Shown: in pieces, positions 11,477-25,779 of the stretch
Layout of the letters: every line of letters begins with the position of its first letter
How positions within the stretch are numbered: the first letter of the stretch is position 1
Translations under genes and position numbers: made by a program
The notes under the pieces: generated by a model
Told to the model about the DNA's origin: nothing
The model's database searches: none
The model's input: only the letters and a program-made list of their open reading frames with translations
Assembly: GCA_951406725.2 (NCBI GenBank)
Contig: OX597822.1
Span: 57,040,001-57,104,000 of the forward strand
DNA length: 64,000 bases
Direction of reading: 5' to 3'
From: Octopus vulgaris
Lineage: Eukaryota

Positions 11477-12673
11477 GTACAATTACCACACCAAAAGACA
11501 TGTATCACATTATAACAGGTTTGAGAAAGAGTTTGAGATAAAACCGAGTTTCATTGGGAAAGTAAATCCTCATAGGCTTACATGGTATTGCGAGACTCCA
11601 AAACAAATCGTCCATACCGTTTCTTCACTGCATATATACATACGTATACGTACATACTTACATGACATGTATACGTATATACATATGCATATGTGGGCAC
11701 AGGACGTCACAAAACGTAAACAACAAAAATAGGAAGTACGAGGACATGGCATATGAACTTTATTTACGAACAACGAAACAAAACAAGACAATCAACAGAA
11801 AGAAAGACCCTTCATCAGTCGTCGACTGTTTTTCTAATCCGTATTTCGAGCAATTCACGACAAGATACGCATTCGATAAAACAGTCGCTCCCGCAAAGCA
11901 AATTAAATAAAATTTGGGATTTTGTGGAGGGTCAAATTTGGTGACAAAAACAGGACAGTGAAAACAAACAGGAAGGGCTGCAAAGTCTATACGAGGGTGT
12001 GGTGGCGATCGCGAAGAAACAAGCTTGGACAGGAGATAGACAAGAATACGCCTTCTTTGTCCAGCTGCAACAGGAAGAAAGAATGAAACACAAGTTAGGA
12101 GAAGAAAGAAAAATGGCCGATGGTCACGTGGGAGCCATGTCAGCAAAGGAGGAAGAGTGAAGGAGAGAGAGTGACAGACCGAGAACTGTGAAGGGGAAAG
12201 GAAAAGATTTGAAGATAGGATAAGAGAGAAAAAAGAGAGGGAGAAGGGGAGGTAAAAGAATAAAAGAAAGAAAGAGAGAAAACGAAAGGGTAAAAGGATA
12301 GAATAGTGAGAGAATAGGGGGTAAAAGAATAAGAGAAAGGAAGGGAGAAAACGAAAGAGTAAAAGGATAGATTATTGAGAGAAAAGGAGGTAAAAGTATA
12401 AGAGAAAGGAAGGGAGAAAACGAAAGAGTAAGAGGATATAATAGTGGGAAAAGAGGGGGTAAAAAAGTTAGAGAAAGGAAGAGAGAAAAGAAAGGGTAAA
12501 GGATAGAGTAAAAGGATAGTATAGTGGGAGAAGAGGAGTTAAAAGAATAAGAGAAAGGAAAGGGGGAGAAAGAGAGAAAAGGCGAAAGAGTAATAGGAAG
12601 AATAAAGAGTCGCATCAGAATTATTAAAACTGTGTCTCGAATTATCTTAGTCTTTCGGTTTCTTTATATTATC

Positions 12674-12736
<63 letters not shown>

Positions 12737-12773
12737 TATATACATAATATATATATATATATATATAATATAT

Positions 12774-12849
<76 letters not shown>

Positions 12850-12901
12850 ATATTTCGGAATGGTCATATTGCCAGTCATATTGCACAACAAATATTTAAA
12901 C

Positions 12902-12948
<47 letters not shown>

Positions 12949-13267
12949 CATATATAATTATGTACGTATATATTTATACAGGCTCACGCATGGCTGTGTG
13001 GTATGTAGTTAACCACATGCTTCTGGCTTCCGGCTACTGCGCGATGCTTTGGACAAGAGTCTTCTACTATAGCCCCGGATGACAAGGATGTTTGAGTAAG
13101 TTAATGAACAGTAATGTTATTACACATGTCGCATATATTGCAGACACTGCCTAACTTAATATATGGTGAAAAATATACAACGTTTGTTTACGGAAACAAT
13201 CTAAACATCGACCTGACTTCTCCTTTCCTAGCAGACAATGATATACAGCGCTATAGTAAAGCTTCAC

Positions 13268-13304
<37 letters not shown>

Positions 13305-13358
13305 GCAACCCGACAAACAGGCAGGTAGTCAGGTGGGCCGACAAACAGGCAGGCGGTC

Positions 13359-13498
<140 letters not shown>

Positions 13499-13500
13499 GT

Positions 13501-13537
<37 letters not shown>

Positions 13538-13861
13538 CTGATTGATTGATTGATGTGGTATCTTGTAACATTATGCTCTGGAACTTGTTCTCACTTCGTG
13601 AGTCGATGACGTCTAAATTTTCTAGTTTCTTTCCTCTTAATTTATTTTAGAATATGTTCCTGGATATGGAGCATATTATTGAATAGATTAGTAAGGAATC
13701 ATTGTTTGTGAAACTTTTGGCTATATCTAGACATATACAAATGACTGATGGGATTATGCGTGTATTTTGCAGTTGAGAGAACTGAGGCATAAGAGAGACA
13801 GTGCTAATATTACGTCTGCTATCATTACATTTAATACAAGAACAGGTGGTTTGGGAACATA

Positions 13862-14699
13862 CGATGGGATACCTAAAAGAAACTGGCATTTTGCAATATA
13901 ATTTTTTATTCACTTAGTTTTACATGTTTACACTTTTATCGCCTTCAAATTATTTTCCATTTGAAGCAATGCATCGGTCCAGGTTTGTTTTCCACTATTA
14001 GAAGCAATGTTGGAACTCTTGCGAAGTAATACCTTTAAACGCCTCCGTCATTTTTTTTTTCTTCACCTCTTCCACATCTACAAATTCCGTAGCACCAGCT
14101 TTCGTTACCAGTGATGACCTTCGAAAAAAGGTCCAGATCAACTTCCAACTGTTCTTTCAATTCACGACACGCATTCAGTCGTGACTGCTTTTAATCTTAA
14201 GTGAGCAAGCGCGGCACAAATTTAGCTCAAATCTTTTCATTCCCAATTCCTTGCTCAAAATTCGTTGGCAGGAGCTCCAAGTCACACCACTTATATCAAC
14301 AAGTTCGTCAATTATCCGGCAAAGGTCCTCCAAGATCAGTTCATGAATTTTCATGATGCTTTCATTCATCCGGGAGTTCAAAGGTCACACTGAACGAGGT
14401 TGGTCTTCAAGCAAGAAGTGAAGAACAACTTGTAAGCTGTTTGAAGTATGGCAACTGTTTCGGTCGACGTTTTCCCTAGTAGAAAACAGAATTTCACGGA
14501 AGCATTCTGTTCTTTCGTTTCAATCATCGCAAAAATCAACGAACATGGGAGAAGCACTGCAAAGCAAAGACGCACAACGTGGCCTCACTTAATGATGCCT
14601 GAGGGTCGCATCAAGTAGATCCTTGCGGCAGAAGCCTGAACTGCTACGTATTTGTCCCACGGGGAACAATGTTTCTGGTTACTTTTGCCTACACCCTCG
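13862..14699 (-). mobile_element. Internally deleted mariner transposon
   Basis: TA-flanked imperfect TIRs (cgatgggatacctaaaagaaactgg / ctggttacttttgcctacaccctcg); peptides EQNASVKFCFLLGKTSTETVAILQTAY and SCQRILSKELGMKR. Confidence 0.85.
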
Positions 14700-14897
14700 T
14701 ACAACTCACATAATGCAAATAAATTAATTGGACGTGTGTCCGTGCTGTGGCCTATATTTTTTCTAAAACTTCGCGTGAGTAGTAGCTGATACCCATTTAT
14801 TGGACAAAGAAATGCAGAACGAACTGAAATAGCTTACACTAAATTGTATATAATATGCAATAATTATACAGTAAACCAGAAGGCGAAACGCAACATG

Positions 14898-16579
<1,682 letters not shown>

Positions 16580-16668
16580 CATACATATATACATATAGGG
16601 CGAGACGAAGACGGGTGGTGTACAAAACAAACAAATGTATTTGTATAACGCTCAGGAATAGAAAAAGT

Positions 16669-16704
16669 CTTTTACGTTTCGAGCCTACGCTCTTCTACAG
16701 AAAG
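16669..16704 (-). ncRNA. Hammerhead-like motif, CUGUAGA core (copy 1)
   Basis: CTTT-CTGTAGA-a-GAGC-gtag-GCTC-GAAA-cg-TA-AAAG. Confidence 0.6.
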
Positions 16705-16775
16705 GGAGACAGAAAACAAGGAGAGAAGCAAGGAGAGAAAAAAATGTGTGTAGTGGCTAACGGTCTATCATGGCG

Positions 16776-16820
<45 letters not shown>

Positions 16821-16905
16821 CATATATACATATAGGGCGAGACGAAGACGGGTGGTGTACAAAACAAACAAATGTATTAGTATAACGCTCAGGAATAGAA
16901 AAAGT

Positions 16906-16941
16906 CTTTTACGTTTCGAGCCTACGCTCTTCTACAGAAAG
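16906..16941 (-). ncRNA. Hammerhead-like motif, CUGUAGA core (copy 2)
   Basis: Identical to 16669-16704. Confidence 0.6.
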
Positions 16942-17012
16942 GGAGACAGAAAACAAGGAGAGAAGCAAGGAGAGAAAAAAATGTGTGTAGTGGCTAACGG
17001 TCTATCATGGCG

Positions 17013-17058
<46 letters not shown>

Positions 17059-17173
17059 AAATGTATATATATGTATTATGTATGTATGTATGTATGTATG
17101 TATGTATGTATGTATGTATGTATGTATGTATGTATGTATATGCATATCTGTGTGTGCGTGCGTGTGTGTGGTA

Positions 17174-18446
17174 AGAGGTGCATTCCAGATTATTTGAGGT
17201 CTTTTGTTAGTTGTAGGTTATTGTAATGTTATGTATCTAATAAACTGGTCTGCCAATACTTTTATTCCAGATTAGAGGAGACAGCTATATCGGAACTTTG
17301 AACACACTCTATAAAGCACTGCTTGTCACAGATGATTAGTTTGTATGTGTTGACAATTTGGAAACTCACTATGCTATAAACTTTTGTGTTAAATTGGACA
17401 AAAACGCTACAGCACTACAGAAATTTATGAAATGATCCAGACTGCTTATAGATTAACTTGTGTGAGTTGAACGGTTTTTTTTTTATGCTGACACATGAGG
17501 TTCAAGGACGTTAGAGAGGAAGTGAGAGACGATGAGAAGTGCAGGGGGAGTGTGACGTCAGAACATTTGGGCAAGTTGAGAAAATTTGCAATTTTTTGGA
17601 TGAATACTATTGTATATCTATAAAAACAATAAGCGTGCAGTTTGGAGTTCGTGCCAAATGTACACAAAATTATACATGAAGATCTGAGTATGCCCAAAAT
17701 TTCTGCAGTTTGTTCCCAGGGTGCCCAGTGACGAACAGAAGGAAAGACACTTTTTTTTGGTGATAGCAAGTTAAGCTCATTACCTCCAATCTAAGAGTAC
17801 TTGAGTCTCTTAGCGGCAGTTATGATCCAGATACCAAGTGACAAAGTACCCAATGGAAGTATCGTGGCTCCCCCAGATTCAAGAATGTCAGGAAAGCAAG
17901 TCCACCGAGGTCTTCATAATCACTTTTTTTTTCGACTACAAGGGTATCATCTGTGTCTACTGGATTCCCTCTGACCAGACGGTCGACAAGGAGTACTTTG
18001 TGGAGGTTTTGAGGCAGTTCATGAAGAGATATTGTGGCAAAAGGCCAGAGCTCTTCCACTCAGATTGGTGACAACCGCACCAGAACAATGTGCTAATCCA
18101 TAATTCCAACCAAATACTTGACAGTGATATACATCAAAACTATCCCTTACTCTCCTTATAGTCCAGGCCTTGCTCCCCGTAACTTTGGGTTGTTCCCCTA
18201 GCCCAGGAAGAACCTTAGGGGCAGTCGGTTTTGAGATTTTGAGAAAATGAAAGAGGCTGTGACAATGGTCTTAGACACTTTCACTTTGGAAAGCTTCCAA
18301 GCGGCCTTCATGAAATGGCTAGAGCGCTTCAAGTGCACTGAAATCAGAAGATCCTAGTTTGAAGGAGATTAGAGTTTCGTACTCCTTTGAAATTAAATGA
18401 ATAAATGGCCCTCCCGAAAAAGTCTTCAAATTTCTGGAATGGACCT

Positions 18447-18448
<2 letters not shown>
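17174..18448 (+). mobile_element. Decayed full-length mariner transposon
   Basis: TIRs gaggtgcattccagattatttgaggtcttt / aaagtcttcaaatttctggaatggacctt; peptides YAINFCVKL, FFDYKGII...QTVDKEYFVEVLRQ, PYSPGLAP.NF.LFP. Confidence 0.9.
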
Positions 18449-18480
<32 letters not shown>

Positions 18481-18828
18481 CATGAGAATGAGGCATTGGA
18501 TATCAGTATCGAAACAGACGGAACATACGAAAATATAACTCTCATTAGCTCCCTATCTCCACAGTTTCCACATCATATGCCCGAATAACCTAGATATGTC
18601 GCTTGTAGTTTGTTCTCGGATGTACATGTTTGTATTTCCTGTTCGTTGCTGTTCAGTGTGATTTCATGTTGTCTTGTGTCAGTAGTATAATTTATGTTTG
18701 GTAAACTGTATTTTGAATTTCACACACCTTATAGTACATTTGATTCAACATACTACATCATTTCAAAATGACATGTGATTAAGTTTACAACTATCTCTTT
18801 ATTTTACTTATACAGATTCACACGCACG

Positions 18829-18889
<61 letters not shown>

Positions 18890-19274
18890 CACTTGTGCGT
18901 ATATTAATACGTGTCTCAACGAATACATCAGACATTATGGCTAATAATAAAAAATAAATCAAATATAAATTGTATTATGTGATAGAAATGCAAACCAACT
19001 ATTTCTTCAAATGAAAAATACATTTTGTTAAATATTTTTTTGAATTCACATAATAATGTTTTGTATATGTAACCAAAACTAACAAGTAAGTCAGTTTCTA
19101 ACGAAATGAAAATTAAGATAACAGACATGAAAAAAAGTGCTCCATAGAGCCCATAAAAACCATATAATATGTATGAAGCAACAATGAGATCAACCAGAAA
19201 CGTTAAAACAATTCAAACCCAATGTAATCGCGAGATCTTCAATGAATTAAACTCATACACACACACACAAATAT

Positions 19275-19450
<176 letters not shown>

Positions 19451-19451
19451 T

Positions 19452-19700
19452 GTTTCTTTATTAGCCACACAAGGCTGAATACAGTGGGGACAAATGACAA
19501 AGTAGAGCTTTTCTTTTTGGGGAGAAAAAAAAGAAAAGAAAGAAGGGGTAGGTTTTCGATCAAAAGGGATCGTAAAAAAAAACGATCAATAGGGATCGTA
19601 TATCACAGAAACGTCATGATGTAAAGTGTAAAGGGGGAAACATTTAAGATTTATCCCTGGAAAGAAAAGCCTACAGAAAAGACCACGGTAACCTCGGTCA

Positions 19701-19701
<1 letters not shown>
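19452..19701 (-). mobile_element. Tx1-like LINE family A, 3' UTR fragment in (GATA)n
   Basis: Matches the 3' UTR at 25780-26080; (GATA)n/(GACA)n on both sides. Confidence 0.9.
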
Positions 19702-19797
<96 letters not shown>

Positions 19798-19834
19798 CAG
19801 ACGGACAGACAGACAGACAGACATATAGATAGAC

Positions 19835-19927
<93 letters not shown>

Positions 19928-20040
19928 TGAAAATAAATATGGCTAAAATCAAACTACGAAACCTTTCAGAATTTTTAAAATTTTGCCCACAAAGGAGCGA
20001 AATTTTGTGTGGATGTTATTCGAGGTTTATAGATAGATAA

Positions 20041-20692
20041 GTTTCTTTATTGGCCACACAGGGCTGCACACAGATGGGACAAATTACAAGGTAGAGCTTT
20101 TCTTTGGGGGGATGAAAAAAAAAAGTAGCGTAGGTTTTCGATCAAAAGGGTTGTAAAAGGGAAAAAAGAAAAAAACAAAAACAAAAGGAAATGAAACAAA
20201 AGAAAAGAAAAAAGAAAAAAGAAGAAAAAGGAGGAAAAAAGGGGAAGAGGAAAAAAAACGATCAATAGGGATCGTGTATCTCAGTGTCATGACGTACGGT
20301 GTAAAGTGGGGAGCAGATAAGGTTTATTCGTGGGAACAAAGCCTACGAAAAAGACCACGGTAACCTCGGTCAATATTGTTATATGTTACCACATTTGTTT
20401 GCAAGTGAGTAACCCTGTTTTCAATTTCTGGGTTCATAGGATTATGCTCAAGGTGGCTTCGTCATTCATACGTGCCATCCTTGCTACATTCACCCATCTT
20501 TTTTTAAAACATTCGCTAGACAAAACTTGCCTCTCTACTCTCACTTTCCTTTTCAAGTGGTACTTGAAGAAGTTGATGAGAGATTGACCAGAGGGGAAAG
20601 TGTTTGTCTCCAATCATTTCAGACGCGTCCACCAGATACATTCTTTCGCCATACCCACAAGTATGATAAAAAAAAAGCTCTTCTTTCCCGTT
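20041..20692 (-). mobile_element. Tx1-like LINE family A, 5'-truncated copy
   Basis: 3' UTR plus ORF2 end ([12 protein letters not shown]...KRKVRVERQVL); GATA units on both sides. Confidence 0.93.
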
Positions 20693-20706
20693 AGATAGAT
20701 AGATAT

Positions 20707-20744
<38 letters not shown>

Positions 20745-20764
20745 CGATAGATAGATAGATAGAC

Positions 20765-20841
<77 letters not shown>

Positions 20842-20851
20842 TGATAGATAA

Positions 20852-21535
20852 GTTTCTTTATTAGCCACACAGGGCTGCACACAGATGGGACAAATTACAA
20901 GGTAGAGCTTTTCTTGTGGGGGATGAAAAAAAAAAAAAGTAGCGTAGGTTTTCGATCAAAAGGGGTTGTAAAAGGGAAAAAAGAAAAAAACAAAAACAAA
21001 AGGAAATGAAACAAAAGAAAAGAAAAAAGAAAAAAGAAGAAAAAAGGAGGAAAAAAAACGATCAATAGGGATCGTGTATCACAGTGTCATGACGTACGGA
21101 GTAAAGGGGGAAGCAGATAAGGTTTATTCGTGGGAAAAAAAGCCTACGAAAAAGACCACGGTAACCTCCGTCAATATTGTTATATGTTACCACATTTATT
21201 TGCAAGTGGGTAACCCTCTGTTTTAAATTTCTGGGTTCATAAGATTATGCTCAAGGTGGCTTCGTCATTCATACGTGCCATCCTTGCTACATTCACCCAT
21301 CCTTTTTTAAAACATTCGCTAGACAAAACTTGCCTCTCTACTCTCACTTTCCTTTTCAAGTGGTACTTGAAGAAGTTGATGAGAGATTGACCAGAGAGGA
21401 AAGTGTTTGTCTCCAATCCTTTCAGATGCGTCCACCAGATACATTCTTTCGCCATACCCACAAGGATGATGAAAATAGCTCTTTCTTCCCGTTTGAAGGA
21501 AGGAGGCGTGACAATATTGGCGATAGACTCAGCAG
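20852..21535 (-). mobile_element. Tx1-like LINE family A, 5'-truncated copy
   Basis: ORF 21237..21461 is the ORF2 C-terminus; flanked by (GATA)n. Confidence 0.93.
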
Positions 21536-21536
21536 G

Positions 21537-21607
<71 letters not shown>

Positions 21608-22100
21608 TAAAATTATGGAAAGAATGGGGAAAAGCTCTTCAATTTTTGGTTTAAGATAAAAGTTGAAGATGACTGTCAATAGATTGCTTTGCTACAAGAG
21701 AAAAAAACAGTCAGAATTTGTAATCAAATGAGTATGCCATATCAAATATATGATCTAAGACAACTTGGTTTTTCCATAGCAATGGGTGGCTTAAATTTTT
21801 GACCGAAACATAGAATACAATATAAAACTGAGTGGCAAAACATTGATGAATCGATAACAGCATTACATATGAAATATTGTAAAGAGTTTTAAAAATTAGG
21901 TTTCCATTCTTACAAAAAATACCAAAAATAGATTGTATTTCAAAAACAGAGACGCAGTTGGCAAATTCAACGAATTTAAAGATCGAATCTCATTATCAAC
22001 AGCTGTAAATCATTAGATGACTGTTTGCAAACGGTACAATGATACAATGTAAACAACACTAGTTCTATCGGAGTAAAGGTCAAAACATATAAAGACACGA

Positions 22101-22154
<54 letters not shown>

Positions 22155-22284
22155 ATACACACACACTCAGATATATGTATATATAACTATATTTTGAACC
22201 GATGAAGCCCGGGCAGATTTCGACTTTTTCTATCCGCCATGTTTTTTTAACACAATATCTACATACTATTGTTGACAACAGAAC

Positions 22285-22455
22285 ATGTGCAACCCGTGGA
22301 AAGGTGTGCCGTTCAGTTGGAGGATTAAAAAGACATGCCAAAGGAATTCATACTTTGGCACCGGTTCCTTCTGACAGTCAGCACAACTGTGCATTATGCA
22401 ATAACCTGTGCAAATCTTTGACAGGGCTCAAGAATCATATAAGGGCCTCACATTG
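22285..22455 (+). mobile_element. Twin C2H2-like motifs, probably the ORF2 C-terminus of an RTE-type LINE
   Basis: CATRGKVCRSVGGLKRHAKGIH and CALCNNLCKSLTGLKNHIRASH; C.S..GLK.H pattern, no TGEKP linker. Confidence 0.5.
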
Positions 22456-22527
22456 CATTATCCATAACTCAATGATCTTTTCTAGCAATGGTTTTGCTCG
22501 TATATGATAAAGCAGCCAGTATATATA

Positions 22528-22750
22528 TCATCATCATCATCATCATCATCATCAGCATCATCATCATCAACGTTTAACGTCCGTTTTCCATGCTAGCATG
22601 AGTTGGACAGTTCGACCGGAGTCTGAGAAGCCAGGAGGCTGCACCAGGATCTAGACTGATCTGGCAGTGTTTCTACAGCTGGATGCCCTTCCTTACACCA
22701 ACCACTCCGTGAGTGTAGTGGGTGCTTTTTTCGTGCCGCCGGCACGGGTA
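22528..22750 (-). mobile_element. SINE 3' portion with (GAT)n tail
   Basis: (CAT)n followed by cgtttaacgtccgttttccatgctagcatg...ctggatgcccttcc. Confidence 0.65.
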
Positions 22751-22944
22751 TCACGACTACAATTTCTATTTGATTTTTATTTTGACGTTGATCTAATTGA
22801 TTCAATAGGTCTCCTCAAGCACAGCAGGTCACCCTACGACCCAAGGTTAGTACAGCAGGCCATCCTGCGAGCCATGAACTGACTTTATTTGTCTCGGAGA
22901 TATGCTGTAACTGCGAAGACCCGACAAATGAAGTAAGTTCATGG

Positions 22945-23020
<76 letters not shown>

Positions 23021-23039
23021 TAGTAAAAAGTGAAAAAAC

Positions 23040-24399
23040 TACAGAAGGCTTGTTTTAAAAGGTTAAAAAATATATTTGAGTCATTATGTCAGAAGAATGT
23101 AATTATGTAAAATTTTCATACAGTGACATAGTTTTTGAAGAAATTACCGGTTTCGTGTTAACTTTTCAAATTTCTCAAAACATCGTGTTATGTCTTCGTT
23201 ATGAAGTGAAAAGAAGAGTTCCAGGTAGGGGGAGGTAATAAGCGATTTTTTCCGGTATAAGGGAGATAATCGCTTTATATCTCTGTATAAGAATGTCAGA
23301 GTGGTTAAGTTTGGGCTTATATTTTTCAATGAAGAATGTTTCCTTGTTTAGTCTAATTTGTGTTGGTGTTCCAATAGCACATTGATAAAATGGAAAGATT
23401 AAAAATTGTGGTAGTAGTTGCTTTGCGCATTTCTCAATATGCTCACTAAAGGGTATCATTCTGTATTCTGGGAATGCAATCTGTTGTCGATGCAGAGTGC
23501 ATTTACGTCTGAGTGATAGTCCCATGGACTCCACGTAGTTTTGGTGGCAGCCCGAGCATCTTATGACATAAATTATGTTTTCAGAAGCACAAGTAAAATT
23601 AGATTTGATCTTGAATTTTTGTCCCTCTTTGAAGAGGAATTCTGATCCTTCTAGCAGGTTTGGACATGTTGCACAGTTCGGTCTACCATATTTTTTTACT
23701 TTTGCATCCGTAATTTCAGAAAACAATTTTGCCTTTGTGAGAATCTTTTTAAGTGATTTAGGTTGTTTGTAGCTTTTAATGATTTTATGTATGTTTAGAA
23801 TATCCTTTAATTTAGGGTCCTTATGAAGTATTGGTAAATTCTGGTGATGATGGTGAAGGCTTCTTTGTTTCTGGGGTTGTATGTGGATATGTAAGGCAGT
23901 ATTTTCGGGGAAAGTGTGTTGTTGCGTTGAACTTTTCTCAAAATTTCTATGTCGATTTCTGTTGCACGTCTGATCCCATCCTCTATGAGTTGAGCTGGGT
24001 AGTGTCTGTCAATTAGGGTGTTTTTGAGTTCTTGTAGTCTAAGGTTCCTGGTATTTTGTTCTGACACTATTGTGCAAGGTTGAAAGGGATGTTTGTTTTG
24101 GTGTGCCTTGGGTGGCATGAATCAATAAGTAGGTTTTTGTTTAGCGTCTGTGGCTTTGTAAAAAATGTCTGTTTCTATTTTAAGGTAAATTTTTTTAATT
24201 AGTATATCTAAGAATGGAAGCTCCTTTTGGTTGTATTCCATTGTGAACTGTATATTTGGGTTGATGCTGTTCAATAGGTTTTTGAATTTTAGGAGTTTAT
24301 CTGTGTTTTCATTCCAGAGTATAAAACAATCGTCCAGGAATCGTTTCCAATTCTCTTTTATACATTGAGAGAGGGGGTTTCCAAGGGTCGATAAAGATT

Positions 24400-24400
<1 letters not shown>
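23040..24400 (-). mobile_element. 5'-truncated Penelope-like retroelement (RT C-terminal half plus GIY-YIG)
   Basis: WKRFLDDCFILW...NSINPNIQFTMEYNQKELPFLDI; CATC and FTCASENIIYVIRCSGCHQNYV (GIY-YIG); decayed hammerhead aaat-TTGAAAA-gttaacac-GAAA-ccgg-TA-attt at 23141-23173. Confidence 0.92.
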
Positions 24401-24435
<35 letters not shown>

Positions 24436-24927
24436 TATATTATTATATGAACCATCCTTTTCCAAATAAGTTAAATCTTAATAATTCCGATGCGTACTCT
24501 ACAACTTATCTCTATTGTATCTCCCTCTCTTATTCTTCTTCCTTTCTGTTTTTCTCTCCCACCCTTTCTCTAATTTTACTCCTCTTCCCTTCACCGTTCC
24601 CTCACTCTTCCTCCTTGACTCTTGTTCCTTACATGTCACCAACGGCTATCTATCTTTCTTTCTTCCACTTCCTTCCTAAAGACAAGACATGCTTTTGTCT
24701 GTCTCAAAGCTCGTTTCTCCAGCGTTCATCACTTCACCTCGTTATGGCTTAACAGCCCTTACCGTTCGTTTTTTACTGTTTTGTTCTCACTGTCCTGTTT
24801 GTGTCACCACTTTAACCCACCGCAAATCCCAATTTTTTTAAATTTGCTTTTCGATGCATATATGCATATATATTATTCATATTATTATATACATGCGCAT
24901 ATATATATTATTTATATTATATACATC

Positions 24928-24973
<46 letters not shown>

Positions 24974-25701
24974 CGTGTGTGTGTGTTAGTATGCATATAC
25001 ATGCATCTATATATGCATACATATGATAATTGTATTTGTATCTTCATTTCAATAAGAAGTCGTTTAAATTTTACGTTTTTATTATCATACAAAAATCTTA
25101 AACAATTCACATGATTTCAATTTCCACGACACCATGCGCAAACAATTCTAGACCAGAGGGAATAACTGTATGTGTCTGTGTGTGTGTATGCGTATGTGTT
25201 TGTGCATGTGTGTCTCTGTATGTCTGGATGTGTGTTCGCATGTGTGTGTGTGCGCGCGCACGCATGCATGCTTTTACATGTAAATGTATGTACACGTGTA
25301 GATGTCTATGTATCTATATATCTATAAACACATTTAAAACAACATACAAGTATACATAAATACGAGATGGCAGCACTAAGTTGTGGTGTATATAAATGCA
25401 AGATTATTTTCTCCGAGACAAAACATAATGAACGGCTTCCTAACGGCTTCAAATGTGCCCCAAGCATATTTGACATGCATAAATACATTCATATTATCAC
25501 ATTTAAAGTATACGCACACACACACACACACACGCACACAAACACATGTACATCAAATATGTATGTACACTCGTAGAAATAGACAAGTATGTGAAATATA
25601 CGCAAACAAGTAAACGGCAAACAGAGAAAAATTCAACTGGCCAAAACGTCGAAGCCCCTGTTAACTATCCTTGTTTACGAATAAACTATCGATAGACAGA
25701 C

Positions 25702-25764
<63 letters not shown>

Positions 25765-25779
25765 CAGACTGATAGATAT

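Larger units (their letters stand above)
9655..12513. repeat. Near-identical tandem duplication of ~1.4 kb (9655-11045 / 11046-12513)
   Basis: Paired ORFs 10103/11570, 10195/11662 and 10293/11760 are offset by 1467 bp; copy 2 retains an extra SINE tail and (TA)n. Confidence 0.95.
16598..17014 (-). mobile_element. Two head-to-tail 180-bp PLE pLTR-type units (237-bp period) in (TA)n
   Basis: 16598-16777 and 16835-17014 are almost identical and homologous to the PLE end at 39150-39361. Confidence 0.85.

Noticed and set aside
22202-22507. Host C2H2 zinc-finger gene
   Set aside because: Only two motifs, the first missing a cysteine, with no TGEKP linkers or evident exon structure; fits a LINE ORF2 tail better
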